A stretch of DNA of 64,000 bases from Paraspadella gotoi (taxonomy: Eukaryota > Animalia > Chaetognatha): assembly GCA_051294375.1 (NCBI GenBank), contig CM119271.1, positions 5,941,991 through 6,005,990 on the forward strand. Reading direction: 5' to 3'. Positions 47,256-60,965 of this stretch are shown piece by piece. The translations under genes and the position numbers were made by a program. Numbering within the stretch: the stretch's first letter is position 1; each line of letters begins with the position of its first letter. Below the pieces are notes generated by a model. It worked only from the letters and a program-made list of their open reading frames with translations, was not told where the DNA came from and searched no databases.

Positions 47256-47580
47256 CTGATAATATTAATGATTACGAATTTAAGAGAAATATCAAGGTGT
47301 TTTTTTTTGGTTTGAGCTTGCATGACTTTTTTCTTATTATAATTAAATACTTTTCATACAACATATTTTTTTAATCGGCAGAGGCAAAGCAGTAGAATGT
47401 CAATAATCATTAATCACCTTCGGTTTGCAATTAATCGAGGCGTGTTCTTACCAACTACAAAAATGGAATAAGAAAAAAAATCAAAACATCAATTCGATAT
47501 TTCAAGCATCTAATCGGAACTGCGGTTTTTATTTCGGCGAACAACCCAGGCTATTTATTATTTTTAAAAATACCATCGAA

Positions 47581-48526
47581 TCATTGGTCTTGGGCGCATT
47601 TACGCAGCGCGTCTTCCATCGTGAGGAACATGATGTCGTCCTTGATGCCCGCCTCTTCCGCCCTCCGGGCGACCGCAACCAGATCTGATCCACAATGGAC
47701 GAGAAATGTCTCTATATCGATTGTAGCCATGTCCTTGACTATCTGACCCAACGTCATGACGCCCACATAATCGGCAAAGAAGACGACTTCGCAATCAATT
47801 ATCACGTGACTCGTACGATCCATTGGCGCTAGGTTAGTTTCGTCATCGTTTCCGGCGTCGTCATCGTTTTGTCGGCGACGTTTGGCGTCAACCAGATTCA
47901 CGCCGATTCTTTCGAAGATGGCGTCTCGGATAGTCTCCGCGTTTCCATAGAAGAGGGGGGCGTCGAGCCGAACGATTTTGACGTGTGGAATTTGAATGGC
48001 GCGCGAGTAGAGGGATGTGTCCTCAAAAGTGCCAGTCTCGGCTACGCGGCCAAGCAGTGGAAGCTCTGGCCAGAGACTGCGGGCGACGACGAGGAGCAAA
48101 GCGAAGGGAATACCAATGATGAGTCCGTAGGGAACGTCGAGAAAGACCGTGGAGAGGAAGGTCACGACCCAGATGAGAAAGTCGTACTTGGATATTCGCC
48201 AAAGTTTCGGGAGGTCGGCTACCTGGCATTTTTTACATAATCATTAAATAATAAACTTTTGATTGACTGATTGATAGCACCATATACTATTCACTTGTAA
48301 AAACATAGTCCGAATTGCTGTTATGATTATGGCGGCTAGGATTGAGTTGGGAAGCCACTGGAAGTATTTTCCGAGGACCATGAGGACGAGTAACATGATC
48401 AAGGAAGAGACCATGGCTTGAAATTGGGACTTGGTGCCCAGAGAGTCCAGAAGAAGAGTGCGTGATATGCACCCGGATGAGGGCTAGCCAAAAAAAACAA
48501 TAAACTCGTCAGAAAGAAAGAAAGAG

Positions 48527-48577
<51 letters not shown>

Positions 48578-50619
48578 GGAAAAAATGCTTAAAACTAGTT
48601 GTTCACTTGGGAACCTTCATATAGAGAAAAATTATGTACTTCTAATTTTATTAAAAATAAAATTTTACAAACAAGAATATCATTAAGCCTAAGAATTATT
48701 AATGTACATTTCCCATGAAAGTTTTCAGGTTGAAACTCTTTTTTTATTGTATTATATGTATATTTAAAAACGTTGAAATAAATGGTAAAGGCACAAAGTG
48801 ACCAACCTATCTATATTTCAGATAATTTACATTTTTTACCTACCATACAGTGGAAGAATGATCCAATAGAATTGCTCAGACCGTATGCGACCAGGTCCGC
48901 ATTTGGATCTATTTCATAATTGTTCCTATGCGTATCGAAAGGTAATCGGTATTAATCCGTATTATTCCTCCAGACAAAGGTTTATTGTAAACCAAACTTT
49001 TTATTCTATAATTTATTTTATAAAATGTATTGTATTTTTAATTCGTTTGCCTAACTTATTACCGCTGGAGTTAGAGTGAAGTCTCTCTCACCTTTTGGCG
49101 ACAATCTTGGCTAGCGAGATACTGATGGCGAAAGAGACGAGGCCCAAGACAATGCAATCGGGAATCATATCGACAAAAAACTCTACATCAGGCAATGCCG
49201 GTGTTGGCAGACCGGTAGGAATTTTCCCAACGATGGCGACATCAAATCGTCCGTCGAAATCGAAACCCCAGGAGAGCAGCGTCCCGACGACGACGACAAC
49301 AATGTCGATTGGAATCTCCATCGGCATCGAGGGCCAGAGGTTGCGCTTGATGGCAGGGCTGATGAAGGCTTTGAAGGAATAGAGGGTGACGATGCAGCAA
49401 GCGCCAATGATGAAACTGCCCCAGTTCAGGTTCGGTAGACCCTTGGCCGTATCTGAGGAATAGAAAAGAGGGGGGAAAGCGAATTTTAAGCGAAGGGAAG
49501 CCGAGACCACGATCACTCGATCCCATACCGATGACCGTCCACACCAGTCCAAAGATTCCCTTTTCTTTGTCTGGCCTCCGCCCTCCCGGATCCTCGATAC
49601 CGAAGAGATGCTTCAACTCGGAGCCGAAGACATAGCAGGCGCAGCCTGTCGTGAAAGCGCGAGTGAGGGGCTCGGGCATCAGCGAGGCCGCGTAGCCGAA
49701 CCGGAAAACGCCCAGGACGAGTTGCGATAAGCCCATCAATAAAGTCGTTGATGCCAACACCGCCACTTTTACTGCAGTAAAAGCAGGGTTCTCCGATTCC
49801 AATGGGTCGATTGTAGAAGCAGAGTGATGGGAAACGATTTGTGGTGGGGAAGTGACGGATGTGGCCGCGGTTGTGGTTGTAGACGAACTGGTAGTGTGGT
49901 TGGAGGGATGATAGTGCTTCGACGAGACGCGCGAAATAATATCTCCCGTCATTATGGTAACGACGGCCATGGTTCCAAAAGAGAGCTGACGAGAAGTTCC
50001 TGGATTTAGCGCGATGGTAAAGGAAAAGCTATATCTTTTATTTTTTTTTTATAACAAACTTTCTTACGTTTTCATACCGAAGATGGCGTAAAAGAGAGGC
50101 GCGAAAAATGCGGTGTAGAGACCGTAAATAGGAGGAATCGAAGCCAGTTGACCGTACGCCATGCCCTAATACGTACACAATTCATGGATATCGACGGAAT
50201 ATTTATCATCATAAACATTGATCTCCTAAGCAAGGACATTGCTACGACATTTACACCTGCGGAATAAGCAGGACGCAAATTGTGACTCCCGCCATGATGT
50301 CCCGCGCCAAATCGGTCCGCCACTCGTAGTCGGGCAACCACTTAGTAAAGGGAAGGAACGTGTTGAGCGCGCAACGCCCGTCGACCTCTCCGCAGCGCTT
50401 TTTTCCTTCATTCGCGATCCGACGCCGTAGCGTCTTCTCCTCGGACGAGGGCTCGGCGACTCGATCGAGAAACGCCACCGTGCGGTCATCGACAGATGCG
50501 GCATCTTGGGTAGGAAATTCCACCGATTCGCTGTCGACATGGGTCATTATAGGGTTCGAGTAAGTTGGCGCTTCGGCCCCACTATTGGAACGAATTTGAA
50601 CGTTTTGCCTGTCCGTCAT
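47581..50619 (-). CDS. SLC26 / sulfate-permease family anion transporter with a STAS domain
   Basis: WLPDYEWRTDLARDIMAGVTICVLLIPQ/GMAYGQLASIPPIYGLYTAFF, SRQLSFGTMAV, TRAFTTG, DLVAYGLSNSIGSFF, SSGCISRT. STAS motifs RLDAPLFYGNA and VIIDCEVVFFADYVG. Confidence 0.95.
48511..48577. repeat. (GAAA)n microsatellite in an SLC26 intron
   Basis: Read directly from the sequence. Confidence 0.95.
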
Positions 50620-52327
50620 GGCGAGGGCTTAGTCGACTAATACGAAAAACAATGACGGCTTCACGTTTAAAATTCATTCGATTGCGGAAATTTAGAGCTT
50701 ATTCGCCAAAATTTTTTTTCTGAAAGAGAAGTAAGACAACAATTTAAATATTCCTTTAAACGTCAAAATAATTTATTATAAGGAAGATTCTGATAAACAA
50801 AGATTAGTTATTTGGTTCAGGGTCCCGTTTGATGAGTAGATTCGCGTTGCCTCTCTGGACTGGAGACTTGGTTTTTGGATTTCAAATTCAATGTAAAACG
50901 TGTTTGGTCGACTTTGGATCTCGTTGCCAGGAGGCGGACCACAAAATATTAATGAAACAAAAGGCAAGCGCTACTCACATGCTTTTCTTAGTATTTGAAG
51001 ACTTACCCTTAATCTATTCTTACTATCTAAATCACTGATCCATAAAAAAGTGACACGTAAAAACCTGAGATATATAAGAAAATAGAGGTTAACTTTTAAG
51101 TGGTTTTTCAAAAGACGCCTAAACCGTGGTCGGCGAAAGTAAAATTTTACCGCAAATTGTATATCAATTCATATGTGAAATCAATACAACCAATACAAAA
51201 ATTATCAAAAATTATTAGTCATTTACATAATACTTGATATATTAACTTAGTAAAACCCTGCAACCTTTTAATCAAAACTCTCTGAGTCTCTCAGTCTAGT
51301 TAAGTAATTTACTTAGTGACTACCCATCTTCCGTATCAATGATCAATCAAACATGAGAAATGTGATCCGAATTTAAATAAGATTGACGAGGCACGAATGC
51401 TTACTGCTCAGTGCTCACACCAGGCATTAACCTGAAGTCAGTGGGTATCTACTATATTAATCGATTCTCGACTCTCGCTCTTTCTTAAACACACACGAAC
51501 TTTCTTTCTCTCTTACTCAACCACTCCCAACTTACACCAAGGTCGACGTGTCATCACGCTATCGGCATAGTCGTCGTCGTCGTCGTCTTCGTTGTGAGGT
51601 TTAAAAAAAAACAACTTAGCTAGTAGTTACTTGTTTTAACGACACGCCCTGCGTGCTCCGTTATCTCGCCAATGCCATTGGCATATACGTTGTACCAGGC
51701 AAATGTAACTGGCACCCGAAAATTCGCATCGGCAGAGCGAATCGAGTGGGAGAAAGGAGAGAGAAAAAAGATTGTATTAAAAATGTGCGGAAAGAATAAC
51801 CCGCCAATCGAGAATCTAACAGCGGCAAAGCAGGTTGAATTCCGAAACTCGTTATCTTTAACTGAGTACTAATTCTATTAAAGCGATTTTCGTGCATAAA
51901 CAGGAAGAGAGAGCGAAAAAAATACTTAATTTTCTAACGAGAGTGTAAGAGAGGCCAAAATTTTCGTCGAAACGTCATTAAAAGTAGCCCGGCCTCCGGG
52001 AAGAAGAAAACTTTTATTATAAAATACTTCGGCTTTGTCCATCAATCACATTTTTTGTTGATGTTATGACCGCGGATCGATTTGGATTTTTTTCCTTTCA
52101 TATCTTTCCCTCTCCCTCTTTCTCGTTTTATAACCACTATCTCATGGAAAAGATTAACTCGAATCGAGTCGAAATTGATTCTTGCTGTGAGCCTCGCCCT
52201 ATCGCTGGCTATGTGAAGGGAGAAGAGAGAATAAAAAAAAAGATTTAAAATACAGACAGCCAAGGTTTTTCGTCAAGTTTAAAAAATCAGCGATAGAAGG
52301 AGAGATGGTGATTGTGAACCAATAATG

Positions 52328-52429
<102 letters not shown>

Positions 52430-52922
52430 TATATTGGTGGCCTTCGCGTTGCTTCGACTTCGCCCGCGCATCAACTGTTACATTGAGAAAGTTAAAAAGA
52501 ATGTTGAAATTTTTAATTTTTTTTTCCCGGATTTTTAAATTCCTTCGTCTGAAACTAAAAGATAAAAGAACAAATATAATCACAATACACAAATTTTAAC
52601 GTTTCGTGAAAGCGGTTATATAGACTTTATTATTTATTTTTAAGTTTTCTTATGAAAAGACCTACGGTCTGTAAATTTAAAAAGGTATCGGCCGATTTGC
52701 CATAAATCAATCAAGAGTGAGCCCCTCGCCCAACGGGAGGGGCGCCAAACTCGAAACGTAGACGAAGAGGATTTTTGGTCTGCGTCTCGGCAATTTTTTT
52801 AAATGTTATATTTTAGTTCTAATTTTTCATTTTAAATTTGGAATTTTTAAACATTAAATATAAATTTATTCCAGAGTCCCACCTGATTACTCCCTTCACA
52901 TGGCCCATTCTCCTTCGTGGTC

Positions 52923-55874
52923 ATGAACACCCTTCGAAAAGCGGCGGGGAAGAAGTTCGACAAGACGGGCGCCACCTCCCAACCTCCGCCCGATCTTAAA
53001 CTCTTCCACGATGTCGCCGCCAACCTTCGCGCCATCTACAAGCACCGCATCTTTCCATTGGAGCGCCACCACCGCTTTCACGCTTTTCACAATCCACCCT
53101 TCGAGGACGGAGAGTTTGACTCAAAGCCGACTGTGCTGCTGCTGGGGCAATACTCCACGGGCAAATCGACGGTGATCAAGTACCTTATCGACTCTGACTA
53201 CCCTGGACTACGCGTCGGGCCCGAGCCCACCACCGACAAGTTCGTCGTCGTCATGCATGGTAAGGATAGGGTCGTCGTTCCAGGCAACGCCGTTACCATC
53301 GATAACGCCATGGGCTTCCACACGCTCTCCAAATTCGGAGGGGCCTTTCTCAACCGTTTCCAAGTCTCTAAGGTGGACGCCACGTTGCTCCGCTGCATGA
53401 CACTCGTCGACACACCCGGCATTCTTTCTGGTTCCGAGGCACGCCTGGAACGTGGTTACGATCTGGTAGGGGTGTTGGAGTGGTTCGCCGAGCGCGTCGA
53501 CCGTATCCTCCTCATCTTCGACGTGCATCAACTCGACATCTCCGACGAACTGCTTCGCTGTATCAAGGCACTCCGCGGCTTCGAGGACAAGGTTCGCATG
53601 GTGCTCAACAAGGCCGACGGAGTGGACGGTCAGCAACTGGTCCGAGTCTACGGAGCTCTGATGTGGTCGTTGGGTCGAGTCATCCCGGCGCCAGAGTCGG
53701 CGCGCGTTTTCATCGGTTCCTTCTGGGACCAGGCATTCCGGTGCGACTTTAATCGCCGTCTGTTGGAGGACGAGGAGGAGGATCTCCTCCGCGATCTCCA
53801 GTCGCTGCCTCGCGACGCCGCCATCCGCCGCATCAACGACCTCATCAAGAGGACCAAGCGTGCCAAAATCCACGGGCTGATTGTGGACCGTCTTAAGCGG
53901 GAAACGCCGTCGGTGTTTGGAAAGGAGTCTAAGAAGAAGCAGCTCATCGAGGGGCTTGACAAGATCTTTGAGGATCTGCAGGTCAGTTCCTGATTTTGGC
54001 ATAGAGGGTAACAAGAAAAGTCGCCTTTAAAAATAATAAATATGCAAATGAGTTTTGAAGTGAGGCTTACGGAATAGAAAAGGTCAATCCAAAATATTGA
54101 GATTATTCCAAGATATATTATTTCCCTTACATCGTCATGACTTGTGAATGTGAGTTTTAGGTTGAGCTGATACCAAGTTTTTACACAATTTATTTTTAAA
54201 ATATCATAGTGACGAGACACCCACTAGCCGTGACTAAAATATGTTGAAATTCTATCCCAAACGTAGAGCAAGCACAACATAGCAGCGCGCGACTTTCCCG
54301 ATGTGGCCAAGATGCGCAAGAGGCTCGAGTCACAGGACTTCGATAAATTCAACCTGGTACAGGCTCGACTCATGGCTTCCGCCGACGAGGCAATCCAAAA
54401 GGAGCTGCCCCGTCTATTAGAGTTCGTTCAAAAAAACTCCAAAGACGAACCTATTGTCAGCAAGGTTCAGGCCTTCAAGAATCTGGGAAAGAGGGATAAG
54501 CCAGTTGAAGGTGAGCCGATAAAGATAATTTTCATTTGAAATATTCAAATAGACGAATTTCTACCGTAAGGATTGACACATTCATTTTTACAATGCAAAT
54601 GATTATAAATCAAATGCCATTATTATGCGAGTTAATTCGCGTAGAAAAATGTTTGTTAAATTATCAAAAAAATAATTTGAGGTTCAATTTTCTTCACGCA
54701 GAGGAAGAAGAAACTACTCCGTTCGTGAGCGGTCGTGCCGAGGGCGCGGACGTGGGCCGCTTCGAGAGCGTCTGGATTCCGTGGAAGCAACATCATGTCG
54801 ACGCTTTCCACCGCTTGGCGCCTGTGGGCGGCAAGATCGGCGGCCTACAGGTTGAAATAAGTAGAGTAAATTTGAATATAAAAGAATAAAAAATAAAAAA
54901 AAGATACCAAATTTATCACTAACCTTTCTCCGTCATACCAGGGCAAAAAGGAGATGCAGAAATCCAAACTGCCCAACTCGGTCCTTGGCCGCGTCTGGCA
55001 CCTCTCCGACGTGGACCATGACGGCCAACTCGACCTGGAAGAATTCCTACTCGCCATGCACCTCATCCAAGTCAAGCTGGACGGGTTCGAGCTGCCGAAG
55101 ACGCTGCCAGCTCACCTGATCCCGCCCTCCAGGCGTCCCGATCCCGCCGTCGTTAAGAAACAAAAGAGCCAAGCACCCTCGGTCGACCTGCGGAAAGAAG
55201 ATGGAGGAGGAGGAAGAGCTGCGGAGGAAGAGTCGTCCATGGCCACTTCCGTAGCCACGACCGATCTTGAGGGCATCAGTTGCGACGAATCTGAAGAGAC
55301 CAACGACAACACAGATTCCGAGGCAAAGATCGAATACCAAAGAGCGCCGGCGGAGGTGACGATCGAAGCGCCGATGACGGCGACGATGGAGGCGACATCT
55401 ACGGCAACGGTGACGGGAGATGCTTCCGAAAGTCACGAGGTAACCCTGACGACCCTATCGGACCAGAGGAAAAACGCCGAGTTCGCGTATTCGAATATTC
55501 AAACGAGGGAGGATTCGCCTCTTGCGGAGCCTTTGGCGTCGGAAGAGCTGCATCTTGAAGGCTCTCCCGTCGATGCCCCGATTGCCCCGTCCGGCGGAAT
55601 CGTCGTCGCCCAAGACTTTAAAACGCATGTGGTCGTCGACGATGGGGACGACGCCGACGAAGCCCAAACTTCCTTCTACGACGCCGAGGATAAGTTGACG
55701 GCGTTGGAAAAGGAGATGGACGAGTTGAAGACCGAGTTGGCCAAATGCGATTCGGAAACGGAACTGCGCGTCGACGACGTCGAGAGAGACGTCGACGCCG
55801 AGGCCGACAATCGCTCCGTCGATCTCGAGGTCTTCGTCGCTGTCGCCGCGCAGAGCAAAGAGGATTTCGTTTGA
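52923..55874 (+). CDS. EHD: EH-domain-containing protein (EHD/RME-1/Past1) with a long acidic C-terminal extension; exons approximately 52923-53981, 54267-54510, 54702-54850, 54942-55874
   Basis: KPTVLLLGQYSTGKS, GLRVGPEPTTDKF, DTPGILSG, WFAERVDRILLIFD, NKAD, RVYGALMWSLG. EH domain MQKSKLPNSVLGRVWHLSDVDHDGQLDLEEFLLAMHLI...LIPPSRR. Confidence 0.96.
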
Positions 55875-56878
55875 GGACAAAATCAAGATGGCGACGACGA
55901 CGTTTCTGTGGCGATGACAGCGACGAGCGAAAGATTTTATTGAGACAGCGACAATGACAACGACAATGACAACGACGACGATAAAGCGTGGCCCGTAAAC
56001 GAAGACGACAGCGACTTATTTGGTATCAATCCAATACAATTGAATTCAAATCCAAGTCAGACAAAATGGCCAAAAAAAAAGAGCATCGACGGCAAAAACG
56101 AACTAACGATTTTCAAGCGACAATGACGCCGACGATGACGACGAAAAAAAAAGCTGTGCAAAGACAATCGTCACAAATTTAATTTATTTTCAGCATTTAC
56201 CCGCGCGTAGAATTTAGCTTGTTAATCGCTTGAATATTTTTATTGTTTTTAAATGCATGAACGCTCAAGAACTAATTTGAAGAATGTCCGAGAAACAGTC
56301 TTTCCTTTCGAATTTCTAGTTGGGACCAAACTATTAGTTTTCTCAATAAAAAAAAATTATTACTCAGTTATAAATTATAAATTTTTCCCAATTGCCATTT
56401 TTAACGCAATTCCGAGGATCAAATTCTTATCTATCATTAACAATTTTCGGCTGCCGGTAGCAATCAAAATCTTACTCACTTTTTTATTTTAAACACCGCG
56501 TCTCTTGCCTTGTAGTTTCCGAGCGCGCCAAAGTTAGCTTATTTTTTTCGAATTTTAACAAATCAGAGCAGGAAAAGAATTGTTTATTTGGTTGATATTC
56601 TTAGACACTAATCAACCGCATCTTCTTTGCCGTTGCTACTCATGTTTACTTGTATTCTTTAAATTCCCTCGCGTTCGAAACCTACGTGTAAGTTCCAAGT
56701 AATGATGGGAACTTTTATTCTGGAAATCTCTATACATAATATTTAAGTATTTTATATATAAATAAAACTTATTTTACCCAGTTCCCTTTCTTTTTATTCT
56801 CTTGTTATATCACCACCAGTTTGACAGTTTTATTGAATTTTTTTTTCTTTTCGTTTTAGTTATCTTTAAACCTCGACG

Positions 56879-58226
56879 ATGCAAATCTATTCCTTTCATC
56901 TTCTCCAATCGCGCCGACAGCGCCCCCGCCTCCGTTTCGCTCGAGACTCATGCGTCACCATCGCTTTGACGCTGGTCTCGCTTCCGGGGGTGTCGTCTTA
57001 TCACGGCCGCACTGGCGCAGGAGATGACCAAAAGCGGCGACGTCCGCGCAGCAACTTCACTCTGCCGCTGCTCTTCTTCTGCTTCTGCGTTTGTCTCTTT
57101 TTCTGCTGCCTCAAGATGCTTTGCAACAGGTGTCGCTCGCGAGGTGACAATGAGGAAGGAAGACGTCGCGTGAATAATCGGCCGGCGTCGTCGGAAGGCC
57201 GGACATCGGCGACCGGGGCGCAGGGGGAAAGGGCCGTGGGGCCTTCGCACGCGTGGGGAACGTCGACGAACACGACGATTCGTCGGGCCAACCATCCCGT
57301 CAACCGTCGCGTCGCCGACAGTCAACGTCCGCGGGTAGGGCCTGCGAGACCCGTAGCGCCGGGAATGGCGGGCTTGGCGACTATTTCCGGCGATGTGGGG
57401 TCGTTTTGCGTCAATGACATCCGAATGTACGGCGTCAACGCCTACTTCGGGACGTTGGCGCCCGCGTTGAGGTTTTCCGAGTTCAATACGGGAGCGCGGA
57501 ACGTGGATCAGGGTGATTTTTTATTTTTTACAAATTTATTAACAATCAAGAACGAAAAATGAAATTTCTTTTTTTTATTTTTCCGTTCTCGAAAAGAATT
57601 TATTCGCAGATCTTAAGAAAACAACTTAGAAAACAACTTAGTCGCTTAGAATTTCATGTCTCTTTCAAAATTTTCCGACCCCTGACCCTTTTCATTCAGA
57701 TCCTATTTATCCTCATCGTCCCCACGGAGTTACCGACTACGACTACGCCTTTCCGCCTCCGCCGCCCTCTTACGACGAGGCGATGGCGGCGCCGCCAATC
57801 GTCAGTGAGCGCCAACCCCGTGACGGCGCCGCTAATTTCGAGCACGACGCGGCACCTATTGTTCCGAACGCGTTTGAAGATATCGACGGAAACGTCGCGA
57901 CTAACGGAGCGTCAATCGCCAATAACGCAATGCCGCTGATCTCAGAAAATAATGACGTTATAAGCGATCCTTCAGACATTTTGATTTCGAATAGAATAGT
58001 AACGGGCCATAATAGAGTACCGAGAGAAAACGCGAAAGAAACGGTAGTCAATTTAGAGACTCTGGTAAACTCGCCCGCGAACGTGGATCCGGTCGAGGGT
58101 CGCGTCGACGGCGCCATTGGGACGACCCAGGCCATAGTACGCGTTTTCGTTACGGACGAAAGTGGCGCCACTCTTGACGCTTCCTGCGACGAGGCGGGGA
58201 GAACGGCCAGACAGAACGCGGATTAA
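56879..58226 (+). CDS. Single-pass membrane protein with a Cys-rich juxtamembrane segment and PPxY motif (WBP1/VOPP1/Shisa-like organisation); exons 56879-~57512 and ~57700-58226
   Basis: A hydrophobic N-terminal segment, then TM LPLLFFCFCVCLFFCCLKMLC. A phase-1 splice gives ...DYDYAFPPPPPSYDEAM. Confidence 0.65.
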
Positions 58227-58535
58227 AAAAGGATAGATAAGAAATGCGAAAATCTTATGAAGTTCAACTAAATCTTATGATGACCCTAATTGTCTTGATC
58301 TCAGCTAATCCAAATCTGTTTAATGATTTGGAAAATTCTCTAGTTTTATTTACGACGGCCATCTTTGTAATCTTAATTTTGTTTGTTTTTTGCCTAACGC
58401 TGTAACGGATTGATCTCTTCACGAAGATCCTCACTATTTATTTATTATTGCGTTTATACATTTAATTTTTGGTTATTATTTTAAAAATTCCGTCCCATTA
58501 ATGTAATTTTTTTCATGAATTGTATTGTGTAGCCC

Positions 58536-58540
<5 letters not shown>

Positions 58541-58584
<44 letters not shown>
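58541..58584. repeat. (GA)n microsatellite
   Basis: Read directly from the sequence. Confidence 0.95.
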
Positions 58585-58589
<5 letters not shown>

Positions 58590-58906
58590 TTTATTTTAAT
58601 CGTACATACATTCACTTTCTCCAGTTTTGAATGTCAAAATTTTAATTTTTTAGTTGCAAGAAATGATAGTGAGCAGCCGAAAAAATCAGTAGTTACACCA
58701 TCATGAAAAAGCAGATCCAATATTTTGTATTGGGTAACAGGCGGGATAACTCTTGACAAAGTAGCGGCTTTTGGATTGGGAGGCAAATATCTTGCGTCTG
58801 GCACCTATGACCTCTATTTAAGGCCCTTTATAATCCCCCAAACCAACCTTCAATTGTGCTTTAAAAATATTTAAGAATTGACTATTTTTAGCCGGAAAAG
58901 CTTATA

Positions 58907-58954
58907 GCAGATTCCGACTCTAAGATTCACTTTGTCGGTCCGTCGGTCCACCCC
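58907..58954. repeat. Dispersed repeat family B, inverted copy of 7102-7150
   Basis: GCAGATTCCGACTCTAAGATTCACTTTGTCGGTCCGTCGGTCCACCCC compared with the reverse complement of 7102-7150. Confidence 0.8.
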
Positions 58955-60965
58955 ATAATCTTGCATAATGCATAAAACGTGCGCAATTTAAGACTTAAGA
59001 GTGCCCTCTCTTTTTTTTAACAGTGTAATTGACGAAAATTGACGAAAACAAAACGACTTTCGGAGTCGAAATAAATTCATAGAAAATTAAATGTATTTAA
59101 ATTTTAAACACGTATAATAATGAATCCTAAATCGTTTTGCGAGGACGTTAAAACTAGTGTGTAATCGGCTTTATTGCTAGGTCAAAAGTGTTTCAAGTTT
59201 TAAATTTACCATACTTTGAATTTACAGTTGTTTAATCAGAATAAAATAATCCGCGTTCGCAAATTCTAATATTACTAATGTTATAACATCTCTACCTTCG
59301 CGTTGTAAAATCTTTAAAACATGTTCGATATTAGCCCTGCTATCTGTGAAACGTGACTCAAATATTATTGTGAGGGAGAGACAGAAATTTTTCTCTTTTT
59401 TATACATTCACGTTTTAAAAAAAACCTCAAAACGAGATTCGTCCTTGAGGTTTGAGACTGGAAAGTAATTCTTTTAAATTTTTTGACAAGAAAAAAAAAG
59501 ATAAGAGTATTATCAGGGTTTCGAACTTGATTAAATCTTTTGAGTGTTTTATTTTGCGGAATGATATTCATCCACGCCCTGGGGGAGTAAAAACTGGAAT
59601 AGCCGCGCATTGGACCCTTGAATTTTTGCTAATTAGAATATATAAAAAATAGAAATAAACAGAAATGACCTTGATTTGGCCGCTAAGTCTTGATTTGTCA
59701 TAGCAGAAATATATGTTTGTGTCAGTTTTTTTTAAATATTCACTTTTATTTAACTCTCGGCTCCGCCTTTATTCATGAGCTCAATTACTGAATTCGTAAA
59801 AAATGTCAATACAGAGTGTTTCAAGGGTAGTGTCACTTTACAAATGAATACTGTGTCAAATTGATAAGGTGAATCATTAATTTTAAAGAAAAACCATTGT
59901 TTTGTGTCTCCATTATGGGAATTTTTGATTTGACAATCGATCAAAACTTAGGAGATATTAAATTTGAGTAGTTGTCCTGCTTTTGGCATCAGACAAAAGG
60001 CACTGCACATTGCTACATTGTTTATGTTGCCCTTGTCGAAAATATTTGTGGATGGGAATAATTGAAGATAATAATGATTTTTTTTTTAAAAATTGTTTTC
60101 ATGGACACTCATTAAGTTTTCTATCAGGAAAATGATAATATGATAATGATAATATGATAATGATAGTATGCAGCATATGATGTTGATGCATAGAATGCTT
60201 TTTACTGCGGAAACTTTTTTCAAGCTGACTGCAGCTCACGTGCATTGCCAATGTAAATAACTGTCTCAAACCATCTGCATATTCTTTCAATTAAAGCCCA
60301 TCAAATGGCAATCGTAATGGCAAGGCGGTTAAAACTTTTTCAATGTACAGGATTAGGGATATTTAGCGTTTTGACGAGATTTTTAATCCTGATCTAGAAT
60401 TGGAAGCTGATTACTGAGTCAAAGTTTAAATTAACCAAAGGTGAAAAAATAAAATTTATCTTGTTTTCGTCTTTTAAAAGGTTTTTAGACTTCGCCGGTA
60501 AAAATGGAACCTGTTCGATCAATTACGAAAATAATTACGTCAGTAATTCCGTATCTCGTCTTTCACGTGAGTCTGATAAACCGGCTAAAACTGGAAAAAA
60601 CGTTTTAATCTCTTTTTCTTTCTTTTCGTCTCACTTCTTTTCTCTTCTTTTTTTTTTTTCTTTTCTATATTTTCTTTTCTTTTCTTCACTGTTTTTGATT
60701 CTTGTTTCTTACTTTTTTGCTTTCCTTCATACTTTCTTGCAAGTTTTCTTTTTCAAACTGACAATCAGGATCAAGAAAAAAAAGTTATTATAATTACCTT
60801 AAAATTGTATTCATTTGTTCTTAATATATTTGAAATTCCTTGATAAATATAAAGAACCAACGAAAAAAAAAAATATGATACTAATAGATAATTGATCACT
60901 AAATATCATAAGGCGCCTTTCTCATTGCTCAGGAATCGTGAGATTCCCGTCTCGCTCAGTTTCCG

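Noticed and set aside
53208-54014. Long antisense ORFs over EHD (and similarly over TAO, the zinc-finger gene and 44662-45450)
   Set aside because: Expected shadows of GC-rich or repetitive codon usage on the coding strand.
59700-60370. CpG-poor stretch that might be an old transposon remnant
   Set aside because: No ORF motif, terminal repeat or second copy is visible in this window.
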